From positions 8,256-72,255 of the forward strand of contig JAVBLC010000007.1 in NCBI GenBank assembly GCA_031553805.1: a stretch of 64,000 bases of DNA, in the 5' to 3' direction. Positions 28,835 through 36,862 of this stretch are shown piece by piece. Each line of letters starts with the position of its first letter. The stretch's first letter is position 1. The stretch comes from Rikenellaceae bacterium (lineage in GTDB: Bacteria; Bacteroidota; Bacteroidia; Bacteroidales; Rikenellaceae). The position numbers were made by a program, and so were the translations under genes. The notes below the pieces were generated by a model that was not told where the DNA came from, did not search any database, and worked only from the letters and a program-made list of their open reading frames with translations.

Positions 28835-29608
28835 TTATTCGGCAATCTCTGCAATTATATATTTGATCTCGTATTCGTCGAGCAAGGCCTTGTTCTCCTC
28901 GGTGATGTACGAATCGGTGATCATCAGGTTGACCAGCGACAGGGCGCCCAGGCTGGCAAACGAGTTCATCCCGATCTTCGACGAGTCGGCCACCAGGTAG
29001 ACTTCGTTGGCCGAGTCGATCATCGCCCGTTTCACGACGATATCACTGATGCTCGGGTAGGTAAGCCCCGACTTGAGGGCGATCCCGGCCGTAGCCAGAA
29101 ACAGTTTATCGACATGAATGTTGTTGAAAAAATCGGCTGCCTTCTGCCCCGTGAGCGAGAGGGTGGGGGCCTTGAATTCGCCGCCGGTCACCACCAGGTT
29201 GATCCCCGGATCGGCACCCAGGATCAGAGCGATATTAAGGGCGTTGGTGATGACGGTCAGATTTTTGTAGCCCGAGATCAGTTTCGCGATTTCGGTCGTG
29301 GTCGACCCCGAGTCGAGGATGATCGTATCACCGTCCGAGATGAGCGAGAGCGCCTTTTTGGCGATCGCCACCTTTTCGGGCATATGGGTCTGGTTTTGCA
29401 GCGCGATGTTCTTGACGTGGGTGCCGATGTTTTTCAAAAAAGCCCCTCCGTGTTCGCGTTCGATGAACCCCTCTTTCTCGAGGCGTTCGAGATCCTGGCG
29501 GATAGTCACTTCGGTCACCTTGAAAATTTTGCTCAGCGACAGCACTTTAGCATGGCCGTCTTCCCTGATCAATTCCAGTATCTTCTCACGTCTTTGGTTA
29601 GGTAACAT
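28835..29608 (-). CDS. DeoR/GlpR-family transcriptional repressor
   Basis: 257 aa. N-terminal HTH (REKILELIREDGHAKVLSLSKIFKVTEVTIRQDLERLE) and a C-terminal sugar-phosphate sensor domain. Confidence 0.9.
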   Translation of the reverse strand: MLPNQRREKILELIREDGHAKVLSLSKIFKVTEVTIRQDLERLEKEGFIEREHGGAFLKNIGTHVKNIALQNQTHMPEKVAIAKKALSLISDGDTIILDSGSTTTEIAKLISGYKNLTVITNALNIALILGADPGINLVVTGGEFKAPTLSLTGQKAADFFNNIHVDKLFLATAGIALKSGLTYPSISDIVVKRAMIDSANEVYLVADSSKIGMNSFASLGALSLVNLMITDSYITEENKALLDEYEIKYIIAEIAE

Positions 29609-29855
29609 TGCTTCGTTTTATCTAAGTGGGTTATTTTCTTCCGATAAAATTATACAAATTTAAACTATTTTCTTCTAAATTATGCCTTTATTTTTGTTAA
29701 TGTCCAAACAGACCGCAAATAAATTTCTTCACTTTCGCGCTAAAGCTGGCAGTATGGCATTTACACAAGGCCTTTAGGGCTTCCGTCAGGGGCGGACTTG
29801 TACCCGAAGACAGGTCGTTTCGATTCTTTTCGTTTTACCGCAAACGGAGGCCGGA

Positions 29856-30350
29856 TTACTCCTCGTCCGAAAAAATAGCCGGATCGCTTTTCAGGCTGTC
29901 GAGATAGCCGTGGTCATCGAGCAGTTTCCCGGAATTGGCGGCGGCGACGGCCAGGCGGTCGCAGCGTTCGTTTTCAGGAATTTCGGCGTGGCCCTTGACC
30001 CACACCAGACGGATCTGGTGGCGGGCCGCGACGGTCAGGTAACGTTGCCACAGGTCGGCGTTTTTCTTGCCCTTGAAGCCGGTTTTGACCCAGTTCCGAA
30101 GCCATCCCTTTTCGATCGAGTCGACGACGTATTTTGAATCCGAGAAGATCGTCACGTTACATCCCTCGAATTTCAAGGCCTCCAGACCGGAAATCACCGC
30201 CAGCAACTCCATCCGGTTGTTGGTCGTCAGGGTATACCCCTGCGACAGCTCTTTCCGGAATTTTCCGGAGAGCAGCACCACGCCGTATCCGCCTTTTCCG
30301 GGATTGCCGAGGGCCGAGCCGTCGGTGTATATCGCTACGTTGTGTGCCAT
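29856..30350 (-). CDS. rnhA: Ribonuclease HI
   Basis: Motifs YTDGSALGNPGKGGYG and GHAEIPENERCD. I prefer ATG 30350, 2 nt after the polA stop, over the track start at 30371. Confidence 0.85.
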   Translation of the reverse strand: MAHNVAIYTDGSALGNPGKGGYGVVLLSGKFRKELSQGYTLTTNNRMELLAVISGLEALKFEGCNVTIFSDSKYVVDSIEKGWLRNWVKTGFKGKKNADLWQRYLTVAARHQIRLVWVKGHAEIPENERCDRLAVAAANSGKLLDDHGYLDSLKSDPAIFSDEE

Positions 30351-30352
30351 CT

Positions 30353-33247
30353 TTAGTGTGCGTCTAACCAATTATCACCCACCCCGCAATCAACCAGCAG
30401 CGGAACGGCCAGCTTGGCGGCGCGTTCCATGGCGTCGACCGTGAGTTTCTTGACCGTATCGAGTTCGTTTTCAAAGACATTGAGCACAAGTTCATCATGC
30501 ACCTGCAGGATGATTTTCGAACGCAGTTTTTCGTCTTCGAGCCGTTGATGGAGGTGGATCATCGCAAGTTTGATGATGTCGGCCGCGCCACCCTGGATCG
30601 GGGCGTTGATCGCGTTTCGCTGGGCCAGGCCGCGCACGGTGGCGTTAGCCGAACGCAGGTCGGGCAGCCAGCGTTTGCGGCCGAAAAGCGTTTCGACGTA
30701 GCCCCGGTCGGTGGCCGAGAGGATACTTTGGTCGATATAGCGCTGCACACCGGGATAAGTCGAAAAGTAGCCTTCGATGATCTCCTGCGCCTCCTTGCGC
30801 GGGATCGTCAGGCGCTGGGCCAGGCCGAAAGCCGAGATGCCGTAGATGATCCCGAAGTTGGCCGTCTTGGCCCGGCGGCGTTGCTCGCGGGTGACCTCCT
30901 CGACCGGCACGTGGAACAGGCGGGCCGCCGTCGCGGCGTGAATATCTTTTCCCGCCAAAAAGTCTTCGATCATCGCCGGATCGCCGCTCAGGTGGGCCAT
31001 CAGGCGCAGCTCGACCTGGCTGTAGTCGGCCGAAAGCAGCACACACCCCGCTTCGGACGGAATGAACGCTTTTCGCAATTGCCGCCCCCGCTCGTCGCGG
31101 ATCGGAATGTTTTGCAGATTCGGGTTGTTCGAACTCAGGCGGCCCGTAGAAGCCACTGCCTGGTTAAATGATGTATGGATTTTTCCCGTCACCGGATTGA
31201 CCAGTTCGGGCAGCGCTTCGATGTAAGTCGAAAGCAGCTTTTTCAGCCCGCGGTATTCAAGGATCAGGTGGATGACCGGATGGCGGTCCGAGAGGCTTTG
31301 GAGGTATTCCTCGTCGGTGCGGTATTGCTTGGTTTTGGTGCGCTTGGCCGCCGGGTCGATCTTTAGCTGTTCGAACAGCACCTCGCCCAACTGTTTGGCC
31401 GAATTGACGTTGAGCGTCGGGTTGCCGGCTATTTTCCGGATCTCGTCCTCCATCGCCACCAGGTCGGCCGACAGTTCCTTGCCATAACTCTTCAGGCTGT
31501 CGACATCAATCTTCACCCCTTGCCATTCCATGTCTTCGAGCACGGCGATCAGTGGTTCTTCGATCGTTTTATATAGGTGTGCCACCTTGCGTTCTTCGAG
31601 CAGTGGCAACAACTTGTTATACAGGCGCAGGGTGACGTCGGCGTCCTCGGCCGCATATTCCGACACTTTTTCGACGGGGATCATGTCCATCGTCAACTGA
31701 CGCGAACCCTTTCCGATCAGCTCGTCAATCGGCACCGGATCGTACTCTAAATAACGCTTTGCCAAAAAATCCATGCCGTGGCGGGTGTCGGGGTCGACGA
31801 GGTAGTGCATCAGCATCGTATCCCACACAAAACCCTGGACGTTAATTCCGTAGGCCCGCAACATCGCCCGGTCGAACTTTTCGTTCTGGGCCACTTTTTC
31901 GATGGAGCTCGATTCGAAAGCCGGTTTAAATAAGGCAAGAATACGCCCTGCCGCGTCGCGATCGGCAGGCAGGGGAATGTAATAGGCCTCGAATTCCTCG
32001 ACGGCCACCGAAAAACCTACCAGCCGGTCAGTAAACGGATCGAAGCCCGTGGTTTCGGTGTCAAAGCAGAACCGCTCGGCACGGGACAGTTTTTCGGCCA
32101 ACGCTTTCAGATCGGCTTCGGCGGTGACGGTATAATAGGTATGCGGAACGGTACGGATCGTTTCGTAGATGCCCGATTCGGGACTCCACGTTTCGCCCGG
32201 GGCGGGAGCTCCGCCGCCGAACAGGTCGCCCTGCTGCGGGCCGGCGGAGACCGGTGGGGCGGTGGCTTTTACAGGAACAGGCTTTGTGGCAGAAACGGCA
32301 GCCGAAGTAGCGTTGAACAGGTCAGCCGGGCCAGCGGAGTGTGTTCCGGCTGTGGACTGCGCCGTAGCGATCGGGCCGTGCAACGCCTCCAACTCACGGA
32401 CAAACAGCGAAAAATTCAGCTCTTCGTAGATCGATTTCAGCGCCGGCAGGTCAGGCGTTTCCATCACCAGTTTCTCGGGTTCGAACTCGACCGGGGCATC
32501 CAGTTCGATGGTCGCCAGCTTTTTCGACAGGGCGATCTGTTCGGCGTGGGCGGCGATGTTTTCGCCCGTTTTGCCCTTGATCTCCCCGGCGTGGGCGATG
32601 ATATTCTCGACCGGGCCCCATTGGCACACCAACTTGACGGCTCCCTTTTCGCCGATGCCCGGCACGCCGGGAATGTTGTCCGACGAATCGCCCCACAGGG
32701 CCAGGATGTCGATCACCAGCTTGGGGTCGTCGATGCCGTATTGTTCGTGAATGCCGTCCGTTCCCACGATCTCGACGCCGTTGTCGCCTTTGGCGGGCTT
32801 ATAGATATAGACACAGGGCTGCACCAGTTGGCCAAAGTCCTTGTCGGGGGTCACCATATAGACCTCGAAATCATGGCAGGCGGCCTTGGCCGAAAGCGTA
32901 CCGATCACGTCGTCGGCCTCGTAGCCGGGCACCTCGAGGATCGGGATGCGCATTGCTTCGAGGATGCGTTTGATATAGGGCACCGATTGTTTGATCTCCT
33001 CGGGCGTTTCGCTCCGGTTAGCCTTATACTGTTCGTAAAGCTGGTGCCGGAAGTTGCCTCCCGGCGGATCGAACGCCACCCCGAGGTAATGGGGGCTTTC
33101 GCGTTTGAGTATCTCATGCAGGAAACGCACGAAACCGAAGACGGCCGAAGTGTTCACCCCCTCGCGGTTGCGCATCGGGCGGCCGATAAAGGCGTAGTAC
33201 GACCGGAAAATCAACGCATAGGCGTCTATCAGAAAGAGTTTTTTCAT
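30353..33247 (-). CDS. polA: DNA polymerase I
   Basis: Trimmed to ATG 33247 (MKKLFLIDAYALIFRSYYAF). 5'-nuclease, 3'-5' exonuclease and polymerase motifs are present (RRRAKTANFGIIYG, ILQVHDELV). Confidence 0.95.
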   Translation of the reverse strand: MKKLFLIDAYALIFRSYYAFIGRPMRNREGVNTSAVFGFVRFLHEILKRESPHYLGVAFDPPGGNFRHQLYEQYKANRSETPEEIKQSVPYIKRILEAMRIPILEVPGYEADDVIGTLSAKAACHDFEVYMVTPDKDFGQLVQPCVYIYKPAKGDNGVEIVGTDGIHEQYGIDDPKLVIDILALWGDSSDNIPGVPGIGEKGAVKLVCQWGPVENIIAHAGEIKGKTGENIAAHAEQIALSKKLATIELDAPVEFEPEKLVMETPDLPALKSIYEELNFSLFVRELEALHGPIATAQSTAGTHSAGPADLFNATSAAVSATKPVPVKATAPPVSAGPQQGDLFGGGAPAPGETWSPESGIYETIRTVPHTYYTVTAEADLKALAEKLSRAERFCFDTETTGFDPFTDRLVGFSVAVEEFEAYYIPLPADRDAAGRILALFKPAFESSSIEKVAQNEKFDRAMLRAYGINVQGFVWDTMLMHYLVDPDTRHGMDFLAKRYLEYDPVPIDELIGKGSRQLTMDMIPVEKVSEYAAEDADVTLRLYNKLLPLLEERKVAHLYKTIEEPLIAVLEDMEWQGVKIDVDSLKSYGKELSADLVAMEDEIRKIAGNPTLNVNSAKQLGEVLFEQLKIDPAAKRTKTKQYRTDEEYLQSLSDRHPVIHLILEYRGLKKLLSTYIEALPELVNPVTGKIHTSFNQAVASTGRLSSNNPNLQNIPIRDERGRQLRKAFIPSEAGCVLLSADYSQVELRLMAHLSGDPAMIEDFLAGKDIHAATAARLFHVPVEEVTREQRRRAKTANFGIIYGISAFGLAQRLTIPRKEAQEIIEGYFSTYPGVQRYIDQSILSATDRGYVETLFGRKRWLPDLRSANATVRGLAQRNAINAPIQGGAADIIKLAMIHLHQRLEDEKLRSKIILQVHDELVLNVFENELDTVKKLTVDAMERAAKLAVPLLVDCGVGDNWLDAH

Positions 33248-33258
33248 CGCAGGCGGGA

Positions 33259-33711
33259 TCAGGGGTTGTCGTCGGCAAACCACTCGGCAAACGAAGTGGC
33301 CGTCTCGTGGAGGCGCAGGCTGTGGAGCCGCACCCCGGAGGGCAATTCGGCCCGAATAAGTTCGGCAAAGCGGGCGATCATGTTTTCGCACGTCGGCTGG
33401 TAATCGACCGCCTCGACCTTGCCGAAACGGGCGGCGATGCGGTCCAGCAGGTCAGCGTTGTCGGCCGTGCGGCGCATCATGAAAGCATGGTCGTAACGGT
33501 CGACCACGGCGCGGTTCACGATCCGTTTCAGGTCGCCGAAATCCATCACCATCCCGTGCTTCGGGTTTTCCGGATCGTCGATCGGCGCACCCGCGACAGT
33601 GACGAAAAATTTATAGGAGTGCCCGTGGATGTGGCGGCACGCGCCGTCATATCCCTCCAGGGCGTGGGACATTTCGAAAGAGAACTCTTTGGTGAGGCGA
33701 ATGAGGGCCAT
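33259..33711 (-). CDS. queD: 6-carboxy-5,6,7,8-tetrahydropterin synthase
   Basis: 150 aa. PTPS/QueD motifs FEMSHAL and CRHIHGHSY. Confidence 0.85.
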   Translation of the reverse strand: MALIRLTKEFSFEMSHALEGYDGACRHIHGHSYKFFVTVAGAPIDDPENPKHGMVMDFGDLKRIVNRAVVDRYDHAFMMRRTADNADLLDRIAARFGKVEAVDYQPTCENMIARFAELIRAELPSGVRLHSLRLHETATSFAEWFADDNP

Positions 33712-33732
33712 TTTTGCCGGTTTTTTATCTTA

Positions 33733-33740
33733 CAAAGATA
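33733..33740 (-). promoter_or_regulatory. Candidate -7 box TATCTTTG for queD-polA-rnhA
   Basis: TAnnTTTG match on the minus strand, 22 nt upstream of the ATG at 33711. Confidence 0.4.
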
Positions 33741-33871
33741 CGGAAAGCCGAAAGGCAAACCAAGCAAGCTTGGTTTGCCTGAGGCGCATCCTATATTCTG
33801 CAAATTTAAGAAATAATCCCTCGTCGCCAAGATCGGTTTGCGTTTTATTTCGTTATTCCGCCGAAGTTCGT

Positions 33872-33879
33872 TATTTTTG
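33872..33879 (+). promoter_or_regulatory. Candidate -7 box TATTTTTG for era
   Basis: TAnnTTTG match 20 nt upstream of the ATG at 33899. Confidence 0.4.
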
Positions 33880-33898
33880 CGGGGAAACGAAACGGATT

Positions 33899-34777
33899 AT
33901 GCATAGATCAGGATTTGTCAACATCATCGGAAACCCCAACGTCGGGAAATCGACCCTGATGAACGCCCTGGTGGGCGAACGCCTGTCGATCATCACCTCG
34001 AAAGCCCAAACCACGCGCCACCGCATCATGGGCATCGTCAACGGCGAGGATTTTCAGATCGTCTACTCGGATACGCCCGGGGTACTGACTCCCAACTATA
34101 AACTGCAGGAGTCGATGATGCGCTTCGTCACCGGTGCGCTCAAGGATGCCGATGTGCTGGTCTACGTCACCGACACCGTCGAGCAGATGGACAAGCACGC
34201 CGACTTCCTCGAAAAGGTGCGGCTGAGCGCGATTCCGACGATCGCCGTGATCAACAAGATCGACCTGACCACGCCCGAGCGCCTGGAAGCACAGGTCGAC
34301 CTGGTTCAAAAGATGCTGCCCGAGGCGAAAGTCGTCCCGACGTCGGCCACCAACCTGTTCAACATCGGCGGGCTGTTCGACCTGATCCTCTCAATGCTGC
34401 CCCAGGGCGAACCTTATTACCCGAAGGATGCGCTCACCGACCGCACGATGCGCTTTTTCACCTCGGAGATCATCCGCGAAAAGGTATTTTTGACCTACGA
34501 CAAAGAGATCCCGTACAGCATCGAGATCGTCGTGGATGAATACAAGGAAGAGCCGACGATCGACCGCGTTTCGTGTACGATCTACGTCGCACGCGATTCG
34601 CAGAAAGGGATCGTGATCGGCCACAAGGGCGCGATGCTCAAACGCGTTGGCACCCTGGCCCGCGAAGAACTTGAAGCCTTTTTGGGAAAGAAGGTCTTTT
34701 TGCAGCTTCACGTCAAGGTCGACGAGGGCTGGCGCGACAGCCAGCGGGCGCTGAAACACTTCGGATACATCGAATAA
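33899..34777 (+). CDS. era: GTPase Era
   Basis: Trimmed to ATG 33899. G1 GNPNVGKST, G3 DTPG, G4 NKID, and a C-terminal KH domain. Confidence 0.95.
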   Translation: MHRSGFVNIIGNPNVGKSTLMNALVGERLSIITSKAQTTRHRIMGIVNGEDFQIVYSDTPGVLTPNYKLQESMMRFVTGALKDADVLVYVTDTVEQMDKHADFLEKVRLSAIPTIAVINKIDLTTPERLEAQVDLVQKMLPEAKVVPTSATNLFNIGGLFDLILSMLPQGEPYYPKDALTDRTMRFFTSEIIREKVFLTYDKEIPYSIEIVVDEYKEEPTIDRVSCTIYVARDSQKGIVIGHKGAMLKRVGTLAREELEAFLGKKVFLQLHVKVDEGWRDSQRALKHFGYIE

Positions 34778-34813
34778 CGGACACATCCCGCTGGGAATAA
34801 ATGAGATAAGATT

Positions 34814-36835
34814 ATGAAACGGATCGTGCTGTTTGTTATGCTCGTGCTCCTGGCTTCGGCCGGTGTGCAGGCCCGCCAGGTAGTGGGCCTTAACGACCGC
34901 TGGCAATTCACCCGCGGCAACGACGTGGGCCGTGGCGATCGCCGCGAGGTCAACCTGCCCCACACGTGGAACGCCGATCCCGCCCCGGCGGGCGAAGCCT
35001 TCGGCCCGCTGACAGGCAACTACATCAAGGACGTATCGATCCCCGCCGCCTGGCGCGGTCAGCGGGTCTTCATCCGGTTCCACGGGGCGAGCGGCGAAGC
35101 GCTGCTCTTCGTCAACGGCCGCTTTGCAGGCGAACACCGGGGCGGATACACCGCTTTCACCCTCGAGTTGACCGATCTCCTCCGCTACGGCGGACAAAAC
35201 AACCTCTGGGTCAGGATCAACAACGCCCCGGGCTTCGACTACCTGCCGCTGGCGGGCGATTTTAATGCCTATAGCGGCATTTACCGCGACGTCGAGCTGA
35301 TCGTTGTGCCGCCGGTGCACATCGCGCTGACGGATTACAGCTCGGACGGTGTTTATCTCGCCCAGAAGAAAGTGACCGACGAAAGCGCCGCCGTCACCGC
35401 AACGGTCAAACTGTCCGGCAAATCGACCGCCTCGTATACCGTTTCGGTCGAAGTGCGCAGCGCCGACAATGTCCGCGCCGCCGAAAGCGCCTCGGCCAAG
35501 TCCAAACTCGAAAACGGGGGAGCCACCCTCAACCTGCCCCTCACCATCCCCCAACCCGTGCTGTGGAACGGGCGCGAAAACCCCTACCGCTATAATTTCC
35601 ACGTCAAGGTGAGCGACGAAAAAGGCAAAGGGATCGACTCGCTCGTCGTGCCGATGGGGCTGCGCTACTTCGCGATCGACCCCCAACGCGGATTTCTGCT
35701 GAACGGGAAACCTTACCGCCTGCAGGGAGTTACGATGTACGAAGACCGCGCCGGAGTAGGCACCGCCCTGCGCCCGACCTACCGCGATGAAGACTTTTCG
35801 ATATTGCGTGAGATAGGGGCCAACGCGGTGCGGATGGCCGGTTATCCCCACGACCGGTCGTTCTACGACCGGTGCGATGGCGAGGGAATCATCCTCTGGA
35901 GCGAAATCCCGCTGACCGGAAGCGTCAACGCCCGCACCAACGCCTACATCGAAAAACCGTCGGTGCGCGAAAGCGGAAAGCAGCAACTGACTGAAATGGT
36001 GTTGCAGAATTTCAATTGCACCTCGGTTTGTTTCTGGGGCCTTTTCTCGAACCTCTCCACGCGCGGGGGCGACGACCCGGTGCCGTTTATTCGGGAACTG
36101 AACGACGTGGCCCACCGCCTCGACCCGTCGCGGATGACCGTCGGCACAAGCAACCAGGACGGCGAGATCAACTTCGTCACCGACCTGATCGGCTGGAGCC
36201 AGTACCTGGGTTGGGAAGAGGGCCAGGTGTCGGACGTGGGCGTGTGGCTCGACCAGCTGTTCCGCAACTGGCGCAACCTGCGCTCGGGCATCGGCGAATA
36301 CGGTGCCGGCGGATCGATCTTCCACCAGGACGACGCCCTGCAACGCCCCGCACCCCGAAGCAACTGGCACCCCGAACGGTGGCAGACCCATTATCATGAG
36401 CAGTTTTACGCCATCACCAACCGTTATCCTGCGCTGTGGGGCACATTCGCCCACACGCTGTTCGACTTCGGGTCGGCCGGCTACCCGGGCGGCGACACCC
36501 CGGGGGTGAACGACCTGGGGCTGGTCACCTACGACCGCCGCGACAAGAAGGATGCCTTCTATTTCTATAAGGCCAACTGGAACCCCGACGATCCTTTCGT
36601 CTACATCGCCGAAAAACGCTGGAACCAGCGCAATGCCGCGGTCCAAACGCTCCGCGTCTACTCAAACCAATCGGCCGTCGAGCTGGTGGTGGATGGAGAA
36701 TCGCTGGGCGAGCAACAAGGCGTGAACGGGGTTTTCACGTGGAAAGACATTCCGATGAAAAAAGGCGAGAATAAAATCTCGGCCTTCTCGGGCACGCTGA
36801 GCGACCAGGCCGTGGTCACTATCCAAGAACCCTGA
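34814..36835 (+). CDS. Glycoside hydrolase family 2 protein (secreted)
   Basis: 673 aa with a signal peptide. GH2 sugar-binding domain (GGYTAFTLELTD) and a TIM barrel with nucleophile-like IGEYGAGG. The expected acid/base W-x-x-x-N-E reads FWGLFSNL. Confidence 0.8.
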   Translation: MKRIVLFVMLVLLASAGVQARQVVGLNDRWQFTRGNDVGRGDRREVNLPHTWNADPAPAGEAFGPLTGNYIKDVSIPAAWRGQRVFIRFHGASGEALLFVNGRFAGEHRGGYTAFTLELTDLLRYGGQNNLWVRINNAPGFDYLPLAGDFNAYSGIYRDVELIVVPPVHIALTDYSSDGVYLAQKKVTDESAAVTATVKLSGKSTASYTVSVEVRSADNVRAAESASAKSKLENGGATLNLPLTIPQPVLWNGRENPYRYNFHVKVSDEKGKGIDSLVVPMGLRYFAIDPQRGFLLNGKPYRLQGVTMYEDRAGVGTALRPTYRDEDFSILREIGANAVRMAGYPHDRSFYDRCDGEGIILWSEIPLTGSVNARTNAYIEKPSVRESGKQQLTEMVLQNFNCTSVCFWGLFSNLSTRGGDDPVPFIRELNDVAHRLDPSRMTVGTSNQDGEINFVTDLIGWSQYLGWEEGQVSDVGVWLDQLFRNWRNLRSGIGEYGAGGSIFHQDDALQRPAPRSNWHPERWQTHYHEQFYAITNRYPALWGTFAHTLFDFGSAGYPGGDTPGVNDLGLVTYDRRDKKDAFYFYKANWNPDDPFVYIAEKRWNQRNAAVQTLRVYSNQSAVELVVDGESLGEQQGVNGVFTWKDIPMKKGENKISAFSGTLSDQAVVTIQEP

Positions 36836-36862
36836 TCCAAGCGGATCGCCGGCCGCCAACGC

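Noticed and set aside
27074-29605. 843-aa plus-strand ORF, one of the longest in the track
   Set aside because: It is antisense to two well-supported minus-strand genes (the GH140-like hydrolase and the DeoR regulator). It also reads straight through their intergenic terminator and promoter. Its Arg/Gly/Val/His-rich composition has no recognisable motifs. This is the typical stop-poor shadow frame of GC-rich coding DNA.
29689-29855. Orphan plus-strand TATTTTTG box followed by about 150 nt without an ORF between the deoR and rnhA genes (possible sRNA)
   Set aside because: TAnnTTTG occurs by chance in AT-rich spacers. There is no -33 TTTG at proper spacing, no terminator before the rnhA 3' end, and only a weak hairpin (ggacttgt..acaggtc). 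I found no similarity to other spacers in the window.
34391-36646. 751-aa minus-strand ORF
   Set aside because: It is antisense to the GH2 gene and the 3' end of era, and it spans their intergenic spacer. The composition is non-protein-like. The same reasoning applies to 1840-3150 (antisense to fabF), 23851-25077 and 25084-26589 (kinase and transketolase), 32141-33403 (polA), 36881-38521 (Omp85-like), 49947-51368 (lon), 58825-60078 (guaB) and 61863-62705 (TPR gene).
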